From the NCBI GenBank assembly GCA_051362555.1, contig CM120643.1, positions 12,498,644 to 12,562,643 of the forward strand: a DNA stretch of 64,000 bases. The letters run 5' to 3'. A program made the translations under genes and the position numbers. The stretch is from Lingula anatina (taxonomy: Eukaryota > Animalia > Brachiopoda). Numbering within the stretch: position 1 is the stretch's first letter; the number at the start of each line of letters is the position of its first letter. Below, piece by piece: positions 1 to 12,219 of this stretch. Below the pieces are notes generated by a model. The model ran no database searches and was not told the origin of the DNA. It worked only from the letters and a program-made list of their open reading frames with translations.

Positions 1-374
1 GATTTTACTGCAAAGAACAGAGTTACAGAGTAGCCGTTTTAGCACTCTATAGGAATGTTCTAATTTAAAGAAATTGTGACTTAAAAATACAGTATCTGTA
101 AAATCCACAATATACCCTTTTTGAAAAGATCGAGTAATTGCCGTATATGTTACATGCACTATCGACAATACTTAAGAAATGAAAAATCAAACCTCACAGA
201 TAATAGCCTAATCCTATAAAAACTTCCCCGGGCGGGAGTACTTCCAGCCGCCGCCCCCAGTTATAATACACACGTCTCAGTGTGTTAGGAGAGCACCGTG
301 AACGACCTTTGAATGAGAATAACTGTGCATATTACGTATTCTTTAGCCTACGCCTCTTCGTCTTGTCCTTATAC

Positions 375-429
<55 letters not shown>
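375..429. repeat. (TTA)n microsatellite
   Basis: Perfect trinucleotide run; it produces the spurious poly-Tyr ORF 313..564. Confidence 0.95.
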
Positions 430-430
<1 letters not shown>

Positions 431-3112
431 AAAATAGCAGTAACATTATTTATATTTCGAATCTAGTTCCTTTTTACAAGTACTTTAACTCAACGAAATA
501 TTCTTTATGTCTCCTCCATCCCAGTGTACCACAAACTTTCATAGTCCCTTTCATAACAAGATAGAAGGTAACAAAGAATATCGATTGTTCTTGATTTGGC
601 CAAACAAGCCCGCTTTTATTATATAACCTCACTTTTCTATAACGATGACACTAAAACTCAACCACAGTTACAGATATCAATTGTATATATTGTCTATTAC
701 CACTTTACTTACTATGGACGACGACAGGTCATTACAGCACAAGTTTTCGCTGCACAGCACAGAAAATGTCACATAATTAGCCATAGAAATATTTGTTAAT
801 ATCCAATGAAAATCAATCTTTGTCTCTGGTAAATAATTAATGGAAAATGATGAAACTTCATATAGGTCATCTTCAGCTGAATGTCAAAAGGACCAGAAAA
901 AAATAAATGTGGGTCATCAACATGCAGTTCTTGTAGAAAAAACATAATACCAAGTCTTCAATAAAGTTTTCATATTTAATGGTTCAGTGTCCTACTAGGA
1001 AGATTTTTCGAATCTAATTTTCTTCTACTCCAGATTCATTACTCAATCTGTCTCTGCACTTAGATTCGATGTTTTAAACCTTTCCTGACAATTCAGTTGT
1101 AAATGCCTGGCCATACATTTAGACCGCCATATTCCTCCTGTCAGTTTAGAAGGAAATACTGACACCAGGTAATTTCACTTGAGGGGTTTCATCTTTTTAA
1201 TGATCAGAATTTGGAAAAAAAGAAGGAGCTTTGCAGGATATTTATAGAAATAAAATGTGACTTCGGGATATTTTCAAGCGTGCATAGTATACCTTAAAAT
1301 TGGCCTATGACACGACACGTCCATAAAATCATTAGCTGCGAGCATGGAATTTAGGTCAATGGCAACCTTTATGTAAGAACCCTGATTTGCTTTCCGAATT
1401 TCAGCATAACTTATCCTGAAAACTAGGCAGATTGCATTTCATCTACCACCTTCCTGGGACATTGAAAAATGATTTGTTCAACCGCTGGACCAAAAGCACA
1501 TGGTAAACCATGTGCGTTTGCAAAACATCCCAAGCATTTTGTGACTTAGATTGATCTTGTGAACAACACTTGAGGTGACAAATCTTTTAACTGATCTTTT
1601 GAGGCAGATTCATCTTCGAGAAGACGGCTTTGAAAAAAAAACATGATTTATTCTGTTGACTCGAATCAAAAACACATGCAAAACCACCTGCGCCTACCAA
1701 AAGAACTTGCGTGCAGGGGTTCTTTTTTAAACACTGCATATATTCTAATTTACAGACAGTACTTGTCTTTGTCGAGTTCAACAAGGATGGATGCCTGATT
1801 ATTAATAACACAGAAATATAGTAAATCATATTCTAGTTATCTATTAATATCGGACCAGAGGAACCAACCGGGTATGCTTATACACTGTCACCCAAAGATC
1901 ACTTTGGGAAAGAATTAATATATCAGGTTACACAAAAATAAAGCATGGTACTTGGTAATCGTTATATGTTTTAAATGTCCCCTTGTGACATGTGCTACTT
2001 ATGCAACTAAATTTGTGTGGCACTTGTGCCATTTTTTTAAAAACTAGATTGCCCAAAATACATCGTCTGGTGCCGGTACCTTCTGGCAAAGGAAAGTGAA
2101 AAAAGTTTGATTTATCTGGCCAGTCCGAGTGCTGGACCAAAACACATGAGAAGCCACGTGCGCTTCCAAAACATAAAAGAGTTTTAGTGACCAAAACAAA
2201 GGATGAGTATCGATAGTTTGGGTACTGCCAGACACAGAGGAACTACCCGATTAATTAACGTGTGGTCAACACAGGCCATCAAGAAGGTTCTTCACAATAT
2301 CTACAAGTCATTGTCTCATGAATGACCATAATCAATGTGCCAAGTTGGTCACTCCCCCTCCCTATTGCAATGACTTGACAAGAACCCCGAGAAATATAAG
2401 GTAATGAAAAGAGTTATACAACTTAACTATGAAGACCTTTAGAGATGAAAATTTATGCATTTGGTCACACAGTAAAAATTTTTTTAAAAATTAAAAATGT
2501 TGAAGACGTTGTTTACTAGGCAAAGAAACAGATTTTGGTTTAAAAAATAAAGTGCGCCCTTTGCCTTTAAGTGTACAGTTAAAATGTACCAAATTTCGTT
2601 GAATATTTTCTACAATAGGCGTAATTGACAGCCATTTACCAAAATTAAATAAGTAAATACTATATTAAAGGTAAACTATGTCACAAAGTCATATTATTTC
2701 CTCTGTCAATATATGGTACAAAACCACTAATCTTTCCAATTAAGACTTAAAAAACGATAAGGCCTCTCAAATAAAATAACCTAATGTCGATATTTCATGA
2801 CATGGAGGTTTAAATGTCTGGCCTGATATTTCGAACAAAATAATTTGTTTTGAAATCGTACAAAATATCAAACCCAAGTTAACCTACGGGTCAAGAAATG
2901 ATTCGTGAGTGGGAGAAAAAAAGGTTGTTTTTTTTTTTTTTCGAGAAAAAATAGATTTATCGCAAAAATCCCGGAAAGAATACATTTCAAATCAGTCGCA
3001 CGAACATTTTTAAATTTTATCAAGATAGTGATTCCAGTCTTACGCTCTCTAGATATGCGATCTTACAAACAGCCGGTTCCACCGTGAGACAATTGCAGTA
3101 ATATTATATCTC

Positions 3113-3145
<33 letters not shown>

Positions 3146-4222
3146 GGGGGGGGGGGGAGGGGGGTGACTTCAAAGAAATAATTGAATCCCCACTAAAAAA
3201 CTTTTATTTGTCAAAATCAGAAAAGTACACATCTGAGACTTATCTATTTTGGCAATGCACGTATTTAAACAGAACACGCACTGTCCCACTTCCTATAACC
3301 CTCTTCAAGCGGAGAACTATATTCTAGAAAAGCACATATCGTGTCATCCCGCATTTCGCCGATCACACCAGGTAAGTATCTATTATTTAATGTGTATGAC
3401 ATACAGACGATACAACACTATGATAACTGAACAGCTACCAGCGCCTTGTGTTTTTTAAAGCGAAAACAAGACATGAGGCTGTGTAGAATATTAGTTCTCA
3501 AGAAGAGAAGACGGTAGGATGTTGGGCATATCTGAGATGAAAACGTACCGACAAGCCCTATGAAACCACGTGACTTTTATTTGGAAGTTGGGCATCAATC
3601 ACAGCCAGGATCTATATATAAACCAAAACTTCGGAGTGTGAGGAATTCCGTGCTGTTACCGTTTAACGCAGTGTCATATAGTCAGGCGAAGCGCATCCGT
3701 GCATTCATGTTTGACGGTAAATGTGCGACAGATAAGCTCGGCTGTTTCATTGGGGCGTGGGTGGACACATAGGTAAGGCCGGGGGTTTCGCAGCCAGACC
3801 GAAGACCGTCGTTTCTCAATTTCTGGACTTTGCATGAAATCATCAGAGGGCTAACACAACTGATACACGTTTAACTTACTTGATGTTGGTTGAGTGAAAA
3901 CAAGGTAAGTTCATACAACAGCACACTAAGTGTGTGTAAGACAATACAGGTATGGGGCCGTGGAGAAGTATATTGTATATGAATTCAATAACGCATACTG
4001 CCCTAGGTTTCGTAATGTTATCCAGGTTAAATGCCAAAGCTTTTTTTTAAGTCTAACGTTATGGGTTCCTTTCAAGATGGCATTTGTTGGGCTTAGTCGT
4101 CTGAGTCTGACACAGTGTGATGTTATCAAAATTTTAAGCTGACTAAGCAGACTTCTAAGAGACGACAGCAAGACTTAAATCATCTCATTTATAGCAATGA
4201 GCTAAAAGCATGTAGGATTATT

Positions 4223-4348
4223 CAGAGGCGGATTGAAGCCGTCTTCTGGGTCTTCCGGAAGACGGCCAGATTTTCAAGTTTACGTTTGACGGGTATCTAA
4301 TTTTTCTGTTGGAAGACTGTCAGAAAATATCTTTGGATTCGCCCCCGG
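4223..4348. mobile_element. MITE-like element, family A copy 1 (internally deleted)
   Basis: CAGAGGCGGAT...GGATTCGCCCCCGG imperfect terminal inverted repeats. The body is nearly identical to 10306-10474 but lacks the segment between two GGAAGAC microhomologies. Confidence 0.75.
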
Positions 4349-7300
4349 GATACGGGGGGGGCGAAACAATTATTAAGATTTTCCTGGCATTCGTACTTCC
4401 TGGTATTGGCTATTCATTCCTCTGTCAACTTCAAAATACTCAAAGGGTTTTGCCCGTACATGATAAAACGATATGTGTAGTTTTTATTAAACTAAGCAAA
4501 GTGAACGGTAGCAAGCATCCCTTAGATTATAACACACACTTTAAGCTATGTAAAAATGCCATTTTTAAACTTTCTTAAAGAAATATAAAAGAGATATTAT
4601 ACAATTTTTAAAAATCCTTTTGACATTTTTTCAATACAGTAGACTAGTGAGGTATTCTTAAAACACATCTTTTGTGGTTTTTGGATTCAATACCGATCAA
4701 GTTTTGTCTGAAAATTTTCAAGAGAGACCGAATACGTCAAAAATATATATAAATTTATATATAGCACATGACCGAATGATTATTTTCATATTACGCCAAT
4801 ACAACAACAAAACGGAAATAATGTTGATTTAACAAAATAAAAACTGCCTTCACACTCACAGAATATCAAAGCACATCACGTGTAATATATAATTAGGTCC
4901 CGTTTACTATTTGAATTTATCGACCTAGCTTCTGTGCCAGTAGAATACAGAAAAGTTGGTGATATACGAGTACATAGAAAACAAGAGGGGGCGTGTCAGT
5001 CTGTTAATCTGATTGTATTCAGCGAGTGTGTCCGTGAAGTTAGTGAGCAATAGCTAAGTCGACAAATTATTGTGAAGGGGCCGTTAGTCACGGTATTGTT
5101 ATCAACTTGTACAGCATTGTGTTAGAAGCAAACTGCATCACCACAGATCAGACACTTGGAGTAGTTTTGGCTTGCATTTAAATTACATTTATCAAAAGTA
5201 AGTCATGCTTTTAAGACAAACAACTGAGTTGGTAGCCTGGCAAATCTTGAAAAAGGATAAACAACCGAGGTAATTACATTTTCAGTAATTTGGAGGCAGG
5301 TCAGTTTACGAGATAGTGACCGCAGTGGACTGATTCAAGTGCCACAGTATTTATGACTGACGGTAGATGTTAAGATTATGAATTTAATGAAAGCTTATCA
5401 ACATCATCTAAGTGAACTAACTCGTCACTGGGGCATGGGGGAGGAAACAGAAGTACAAGGTTCTCTCTCATATCTTCTCTCTCCATCTCTAGACATTAAA
5501 TTCCCGAAATCGCTGTACATAAATATACGCCTAGAACTTACCTGCCACCATCGGGATCTTTGAACTACTAATTAGGCTGAGTAATGAAGCGTAAACAGTT
5601 GGCAACAGCTAATATTTCAACGTTAACAGCGATTGTCAGTTTAACCTTAACTTAGAGCACATACATTGTGCTAGGGTTATAGACTTGGCTTAGTTGGATT
5701 GTATATGATTAGGCCATTTAAAACACTAAAATATACAGTGACATAGTAGTAATGATAAATTATAGGGCAATTATAGGGTTCAAATATAGGCAGTTGGCCT
5801 GAGGAGATTCAAATCTACTAACGCAAAAGACCTTACCGCCTTACTGAGAGATATGTGATTATTAAAACTGTATAAAGCACATGTGAAGAACGTATATAAT
5901 ATAAAATGTACCAGAGGGAACAGAGCCGTTTGCAGAAACTAAAAAGCCTCCGATCTTTTTCAAAAGTTTTGTTCGAATTTATCAAAGATAAGCCGTGGCT
6001 GTATACCCGAAGTAATTATCTGCCACAAGCTCGATAATGTTGTTTTAAAGGGATTCATTCATATTTGACCTACGTCCTAGAAATACACTCGCCCAAAAAA
6101 GTTCGGAAACATCTTTATTTTGAATAATTAAAAAAATAATCATATGAGCTAAGGTGCACATTTAACCAAATAATGATGGATAATGCACCCACCATTCGTT
6201 ACTATTTTATGTACGTAGTTTTTAAATGATCGAAAACAATTTTATGACTTCAGCTTCCGAACTTTTTGGGTCTATTGTAGATCATCAGTGGACAATGCAG
6301 ACTGTTGTTTCTATTCAAGTAACGGATAATTTTGAAAACATTGTTCTTTTTACAAACTCTTATGGCAATATTTTCTTATTTTTATTTCTTTATTTCACAT
6401 ATTTGTCTATAGGCCTCAGGCCCGTGATGAAACAAATAGTACATTTTTTTAAATCAATCACTTCAGCATGAAATCCAAATCTGAGTCATGATCAAGAAAG
6501 TGTGGTGTTTACTTCTATTCAGGTGCAAATGACTGACTTCACTTTACAAATGCCGTGTTTAATATGAAATATTCACACTGAGTATTAGATATATCATGTT
6601 TCGGTGAAATTATTATAGATCATCCATGAATAAGTCATTCGTCTCTCATGAAATGGTTGATTTTTGTCTGCTTAGGATTGGGACCCTTTTTCATCATGGA
6701 CTCCATCATAAGGTATGAGTAAATTAGCCAGACTGGACATTTTCAAGAACTGTAGCCCAGATATAGAATATATCTTAACTTTTTGTCCAAAATTTCTACT
6801 TTATTGATCCAATGTGTTTTGATAGAAGACCAATAACATATTTTTAAGTAATGGCTGATGTCTCAAACCAAAACTTACTCTATTTAAGTAGACTACTTGG
6901 AATTTATATTGGACCGAAAAAAAAGACCGTAATTTTTATTTAAAAGATAGGATTAATTTTCGAACGTAAGTTCTTTTGTGACCCCGGTCGAAGCAGAGAT
7001 TGTGTCCTCCCCGCACACTTTTTAAATCACTGTCATATTGGCACTGTTCGTCCCCCTCTTTAACGACCTTACACTGTACTTCAAGCCATGCTCTAAGTCA
7101 GGTAGCTGCCGAAGGCATTTGCTTAAATCGATAATGGTTCATAATTGATTAAGTCAGCTGTCATAAAGTACCTTTACGTTCAATGACAAGGTTTTCCTTC
7201 AAAGAAATCGGTTATACGCTGAATGGTGTTCTCTTTCTTGTCATGCCCAGTTTATGTCGTGACTAAATGTAATGGAAGTTTTAAATGTGATGACAGATAG

Positions 7301-7751
7301 GAATCTGGATGTTTTATTTTAAGCAGTTGCTTTATCCTCTCTAATAACACCTGTGTCACAGCTTTATATTTTACATTGAAAGCAGATTCCGCAATTTCAC
7401 CTCAATTATTTAACAATGCCATAGCGTTACATGGCACTTTGAAGGTAATTAGTGTCAAGTTTGATTATTTGCAAGCAACGTCCAAATAATGAGATCGTAA
7501 TCTTAATATCTGTCAAAATGAATTTTCTAAACGACTATCCTCAAATCAGTGAACTGATTACCTCAGTCAGGCATGTTGATTTGGGCCCAATTTTCGCTCC
7601 AACTGACTTCTTACAAGCTGCTACCTTATAAATGTACTTTAACATTGCTGTCCATCAATTTATCAGGTCCTGGGCGGAATCTGGACACCGCAAGGCCAAG
7701 TGCCGCGTGGACAAACCTTCCCCTGTGCGACAGATCCATTCTCTCAACAAG

Positions 7752-8285
7752 ATGTCAGCGGTGATGTTGTTGAATGGGGATCCCGTCCACCACCTGGCGA
7801 CCGCCAGAAACGGTGAACGCTCCACGGAGACGCTGCGCCTCAACGTTGGGGGCGTCATCCACGAGGTGAGATGGGACACTTTGAAGGGCAAGCATGGCAG
7901 CATCCTCCCACACCTCGACGAACTTAAAAAGCACTACAGAGCCGAAAAGGACGACTATTTCTTTGACCGGCACCCTGGGATATTCGAGTCGGTATTAAAT
8001 TACTACCGCACGGGAGGTCTCCATGTGCCCATCACAGCGTGCGGTCCGGCGGTGAAAGCCGAGTTGGAATTCTGGGGTATTAGTGAGTTTGAAATGGAGG
8101 ACTGCTGCTGGACGACGTATTCTAGTTACCAAGAGAGGAAAGAATCGCTGGCCAAATTTGATTCTTTTCTAGGAAAGTCGCCGTACAAATCTCGCTACCG
8201 TGGGGATCGCGTGACCACGTGGCAGTCGGCAAGACGCCGAGTTTGGACAGATTTGGAAAATCCGGGCTCTTCTTTGTTTGCAAAG
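7752..8285 (+). CDS. Shaw/Kv3-like voltage-gated potassium channel, coding exon 1 (T1 domain)
   Basis: LNVGG...YFFDRHPGIFESVLNYYRTGGLH..CGP...ELEFWG...CCW, with an intact HX5CX20CC Zn site typical of non-Kv1 T1 domains and best resembling Shaw. Acceptor tttatcag at 7666, ATG at 7752 (start is inferred), donor AAG|gtttgc phase 0. Confidence 0.9.
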
Positions 8286-8597
8286 GTTTGCTTTATTTAA
8301 ATCATTACTTTTAAGTTTTTAAGTGCATTTTTATATATATTGTGCGTGGTTCAAAAAGACTAGTTTAACAACTTGAGAATGAATTAAAGACAAGAAACCC
8401 ACCGTACCACTTCAACTCAAGTTTGCTCACAATGTGTACTGCTTCACGCCGCGTCACTCTCAGCTGTACTTTAAGTAACGATATATTTAAAAAGTCGCTC
8501 TGAGCAGCAAATTGGGACCCTATGCCTATGGAGCATCATTCTTTATACTGTCGACACTGTATACACGTAAGGTACAGATATGGCGATCAATACATTT

Positions 8598-8845
8598 AGG
8601 CCAGCCGTTTTTATCATCATTTTGACAAGTTTACAAATAGTACTTTTTCCAGACCCCTCCTCCCCTCTTTAGAGAGTACAAAGTAAAAAGTCAAAATGAT
8701 GAACTTTGCCAGCACATACCTAGGGGTGAAGTTCATAATTTTAATCTATTTCCAAGAGCGTACAGCGGGTAATATCCCTCACCCCTTCACTCCCAGCTTG
8801 CGGTTTGCAGATTTGTGATAATGATGATAAAAATGGATGGCCCCA
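8598..8845. mobile_element. MITE-like element, family B copy 1 (Kv intron)
   Basis: Long imperfect TIRs (GGCCAGCCGTTTTTATCATCATTTTGACAA / TTGTGATAATGATGATAAAAATGGATGGCCCC) and an internal hairpin ATGAACTT...AAGTTCAT. Homologous to 19235-19601. Confidence 0.7.
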
Positions 8846-8911
8846 TATATATATAGTTTGGATGTTTCTAACCCCTGCTTTAGTTGCCTTCTTGTTTAAC
8901 ACACCTTTCTC

Positions 8912-8956
<45 letters not shown>
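8912..8956. repeat. (ATT)n microsatellite abutting the Kv 3' splice site
   Basis: Trinucleotide run ending 7 nt before exon 2; source of the poly-Ile stretch in ORF 8805..9989. Confidence 0.95.
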
Positions 8957-8958
<2 letters not shown>

Positions 8959-8963
8959 TCCAG

Positions 8964-9989
8964 ATCTATGCAAGTATCTCTCTGCTGCTAGTGCTGATGT
9001 CCATCATGGTGTTCGTTCTGGACTCACACCCATTTTTCCACGTCAGCCCAGGGGACCCTGCCTGGGCTTTTACCCTCTCCTTCTTCGGAGTCGGTGCGGA
9101 GAGTTTCCACGACATCACGGCACATTTCGAGAAGAACGTTAATGAGTCCGGAGCTGAATCAGCGAAAGAACACTATGAAATTTTACACCCTGCCTTGCTG
9201 TTGGTGGACTTCACGTGTGCAAGTTTTTTCACCTTTGATTTGATCATGCGTTTCATTTTTAGTCCCAATAAACTTCACTTCTTTGTGTACCCTCTCACCA
9301 TAATCGATCTGTTAGCCATCGTTCCATTTTACGCCGAGTTGGCGATTATTAATTCCAACCCAGAAGCTATATTCGGAAAGACTGTGTTTGACTTTATCAA
9401 TATCCTGAAGATAGCACGTGTATTTCGAATTTTCCGCCTCACGAAGTCGTACACCGGCATGAAAGTGATTCTGTACTCCTTGAAGGAAAGTTTGGCGGAG
9501 ATAACACTGACACTTATCATTCTCCTTATAACAATGTTGATCTGCTCGACACTGATGTTCTACGCAGACAACTATAACAACGAGAAAAGCGACTTTAAAA
9601 ACATTCCCTTGACCTTATGGTGGTCCATTGTCACACTGACAACAGTAGGGTATGGTGAATTCGTCCCCTCCTCTGGCCTAGGATATATCGTAGGGGCTAT
9701 TTCAGCGTTCTTTGGGGTTCTTTGTCTGGCTCTGACTGTCCCGATCATCGTTAATAACTTCATGCTTTATTATTCCCACTCTCGCACCACCCTTAAGGCA
9801 GAAAGGAAGGTGGATTTGATTGAAAACAAGGACGCCGCGGAGGATTTAGACTCAATTGATGAGACAACGAACGTCCCACGACAGCAAGTGGTGTCTTCCA
9901 TCCGCCTACGAGATTTTGAAGAAACCGCCAACCATGCCGCACACAGCGACCAGCACTCTTTTATGTCACATCCGACCACTTTGTATTAA
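8964..9989 (+). CDS. Shaw/Kv3-like voltage-gated potassium channel, coding exon 2 (S1-S6, pore, C-terminus)
   Basis: Acceptor ttccag at 8963, phase 0. S3 IIDLLAIVPFY, S4 KIARVFRIFRLTK, pore WWSIVTLTTVGYGE, S6 GVLCLALTVPIIVNNF, stop TAA. Spliced product ~519 aa. Confidence 0.93.
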   Translation: MYASISLLLVLMSIMVFVLDSHPFFHVSPGDPAWAFTLSFFGVGAESFHDITAHFEKNVNESGAESAKEHYEILHPALLLVDFTCASFFTFDLIMRFIFSPNKLHFFVYPLTIIDLLAIVPFYAELAIINSNPEAIFGKTVFDFINILKIARVFRIFRLTKSYTGMKVILYSLKESLAEITLTLIILLITMLICSTLMFYADNYNNEKSDFKNIPLTLWWSIVTLTTVGYGEFVPSSGLGYIVGAISAFFGVLCLALTVPIIVNNFMLYYSHSRTTLKAERKVDLIENKDAAEDLDSIDETTNVPRQQVVSSIRLRDFEETANHAAHSDQHSFMSHPTTLY

Positions 9990-10015
9990 CGTTAAATCAG
10001 ACAGAAACAATATTA

Positions 10016-10240
10016 GGGTGCTTTCCCTGAGATTTAGATCGATTTAAAGATTGAGATTTAGGTCGAACTAACTCCCTGGGGGTTCACGTTAAATTGCAGT
10101 CAGCCGAGCGGGCACCATAGTTAATTACCCCCTTACAGCTTTTAGTAGGTGGGGCAGACGCTTAAGCCGGCTAAGCTGACAGTAATCTAGTGAGACTCCC
10201 CACAGGGACAGATCGATCTAAAAATCTATGGAAATGGGGT
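10016..10240. mobile_element. Palindromic MITE-like element, family C copy 1 (Kv 3' UTR region)
   Basis: Inverted arms AGATCGAT..CCCTGGGGG..AAATTGCAGTCAGC / GCTGACAGTAATCTAGTGAGA..CCCCACAGGGACAGATCGATCT. Similar to 24884-25117. Confidence 0.6.
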
Positions 10241-10305
10241 GTTACATTGTATAGCGTATACCAGCCAAACTTTTGTCATCAATCGATTGCAGAATGCAGA
10301 ATAAT

Positions 10306-10474
10306 CAGGGGCGGATTGAGGCAGTCTTCTGAGTCTTCCGGAAGACGGTCAGATTTTCAAGTTTACATTGACGGTTATCTAATTTTTTCTGTCGGAAGAC
10401 GGTCAAAAATGGAGGATGGATCAACAAAGCTAATTTGGAAGACTGCCAAAAAATAGCTCTGGATCCGCCCCCTG
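10306..10474. mobile_element. MITE-like element, family A copy 2
   Basis: TIRs CAGGGGCGGAT / ATCCGCCCCCTG (hAT-like CAGGG termini). Shares its body with 4223-4348; no TSD found. Confidence 0.75.
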
Positions 10475-11374
10475 GAGATGACGTCGAGTTTTTGGTCTAC
10501 AATACTCCTCTGAGAGTGGTCTACACTGCATGGAACAAGTTCAAAGATTACACTACCTTTGACTGGTCAAAATCGTGTATAATTAATGGAGAGCTCACCG
10601 TTATGCAGGGTTAGGTTCCTGTAGATTTATGCAGGTAAATCCCGTCCTAGGTTTTGACCACTTACGTCACGCTAACGTGAACCTGTATAAATCAAGAGGC
10701 GGCCGGACTATGTTACATATGGGGCCTCAATTTCTTTTACGAATGAATACTAGTGTCAAACTGTAGGCAGAGGTTTTCAGTATTTCGCCTAAGAGCATGA
10801 TTTTGACAATTGTTTTTATTTTCAGTGGCTCATTTTGTGAGTATGAGCCTTAAAACGTTTTTATGTGCCGTCAACGTTACGTTCCCCGAGATAGGCCCAA
10901 AGACTTAAGACTTTATATGTAAAACGCGCTCAGAGTTAAATCTGCAGTTCTCCATCGAAATAAAATAATAATCGTTTAAATGCAAAACACTTTCATTGCT
11001 TGTGAAGCAAGTCCAGTTGCGTCATTCTGATCTTTACTGGAAAAGCATCCCTAGTTAATATGATATTGCATGAGAGTGGTTCAGTATGATAAATGTGTAA
11101 TGCATATCTGTTAAACATAAACTATGTAGTTATGGCCTTAAAGTATTTGCCGAGTTGTTATTGTAACACCGAATTACAGTTTTGTAATCGGACATTCTCG
11201 TTAACATGTAAATGAAGATTACTGTAAAATTGTTGAGTTTTGATGAAAGCATTTTGTAATATAGAGAAATTAACTCAAGATATCTACTAAAATAAAGCGA
11301 ATTGTAAATTCCCTCTTGGTGAACTGCTAAGATGTAAGATTGTCTTTTAAAATGCCTGATAAAGATTAATGCGG

Positions 11375-11591
11375 TAAACCCCCCTTCACACTGGGCGGCG
11401 TCCTTTCTGCGTCCCGTAGTACAGCCCCGTTTGAGGGGAAAAACATTACTTGCCGACAACTGGCCGATCATTGAGCATTCTTTCTGCAACCAAAGCGATG
11501 CTTGTGCCTCCTTTTAACAACCAAAGCGATGCTAGTTTCATGGTCGCACAAAGGACGCACAAAGAACGCCGTCGATTGTAAAGGGGGTTTA
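11375..11591. mobile_element. Degenerate TIR element (Harbinger-like MITE?)
   Basis: TAAACCCCCCTTCACAC vs TTGTAAAGGGGGTTTA imperfect TIRs; internal direct repeats CAACCAAAGCGATGCT x2; GC-rich island within AT-rich flanks. Confidence 0.4.
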
Positions 11592-12219
11592 AAGAGAGCC
11601 AGCATATCTCCCCCCTCCCCGCGTTCTTGGTGAATTAATTTTGGGTTGAATTTATAGAGCGTTGGTCTTGTCCTTTCCTCCCCGTCACTATGCCCAACCT
11701 TTTGACCCGCGTGAGAATTCCTCGCTGTAAAACAAAAAACAAGCAATCGAGATAGGCGATTCCCATCCTCTTGTGTTAAATCTTACGCCGGCAAATTCAT
11801 CGGAATTTCACCAAAAACGGTATTTCTTTAAGAACCGTCTGTTAGCATATTTATACATACAGTGTATAATGGTTTCCTTCACGTCAAAAAATAAATAAAT
11901 AAATAAAATAAGAAAAGAAAAAATATTTTCATAGTGTTTTATAAGGGAAGTAGGGGCCTACAAATGCACATTGGACAATATGACAACAAAAACCGAAGGC
12001 AAATTAAAACATTTGCAGAAATAAAATAACACACACACACAAACACACACACAACGCTAGTGATTATAAATATTAGAAGGGCTATTACAACGAACTGACT
12101 AATAACTAAATGCCACAGGCAAACAGATCACAGTCATATTTGCTGAAAATTTGCCAAAACATTCAAATTGAAAATTAATGATAATACTGAGCATTCTACT
12201 TGTTTGGATTACATTTCAG

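Noticed and set aside
313-564. 83-aa poly-Tyr ORF
   Set aside because: Translation of a (TTA)n microsatellite.
850-2800. Possible decayed transposase or other coding remnant on the minus strand (short ORFs 1587-2235)
   Set aside because: Multiple stops and no motif I can identify; it would need a Dfam/tBLASTx search.
8805-8963. Hydrophobic poly-Ile N-terminal extension of ORF 8805..9989
   Set aside because: Intronic (MITE end plus ATT repeat); the true exon begins after ttccag at 8963.
7752-9989. Orthology to KCNG silent channels, suggested by human SALL3-KCNG2 and SALL4-KCNG1 proximity
   Set aside because: T1 and S6 sequences (FFDRHPG.F..LNYYRTG.LH.P...CGP, CCW, IVNNF..YYS) look Shaw/Kv3-like, whereas KCNG belongs to the Shab/Kv2 lineage; probably coincidence unless a phylogeny says otherwise.
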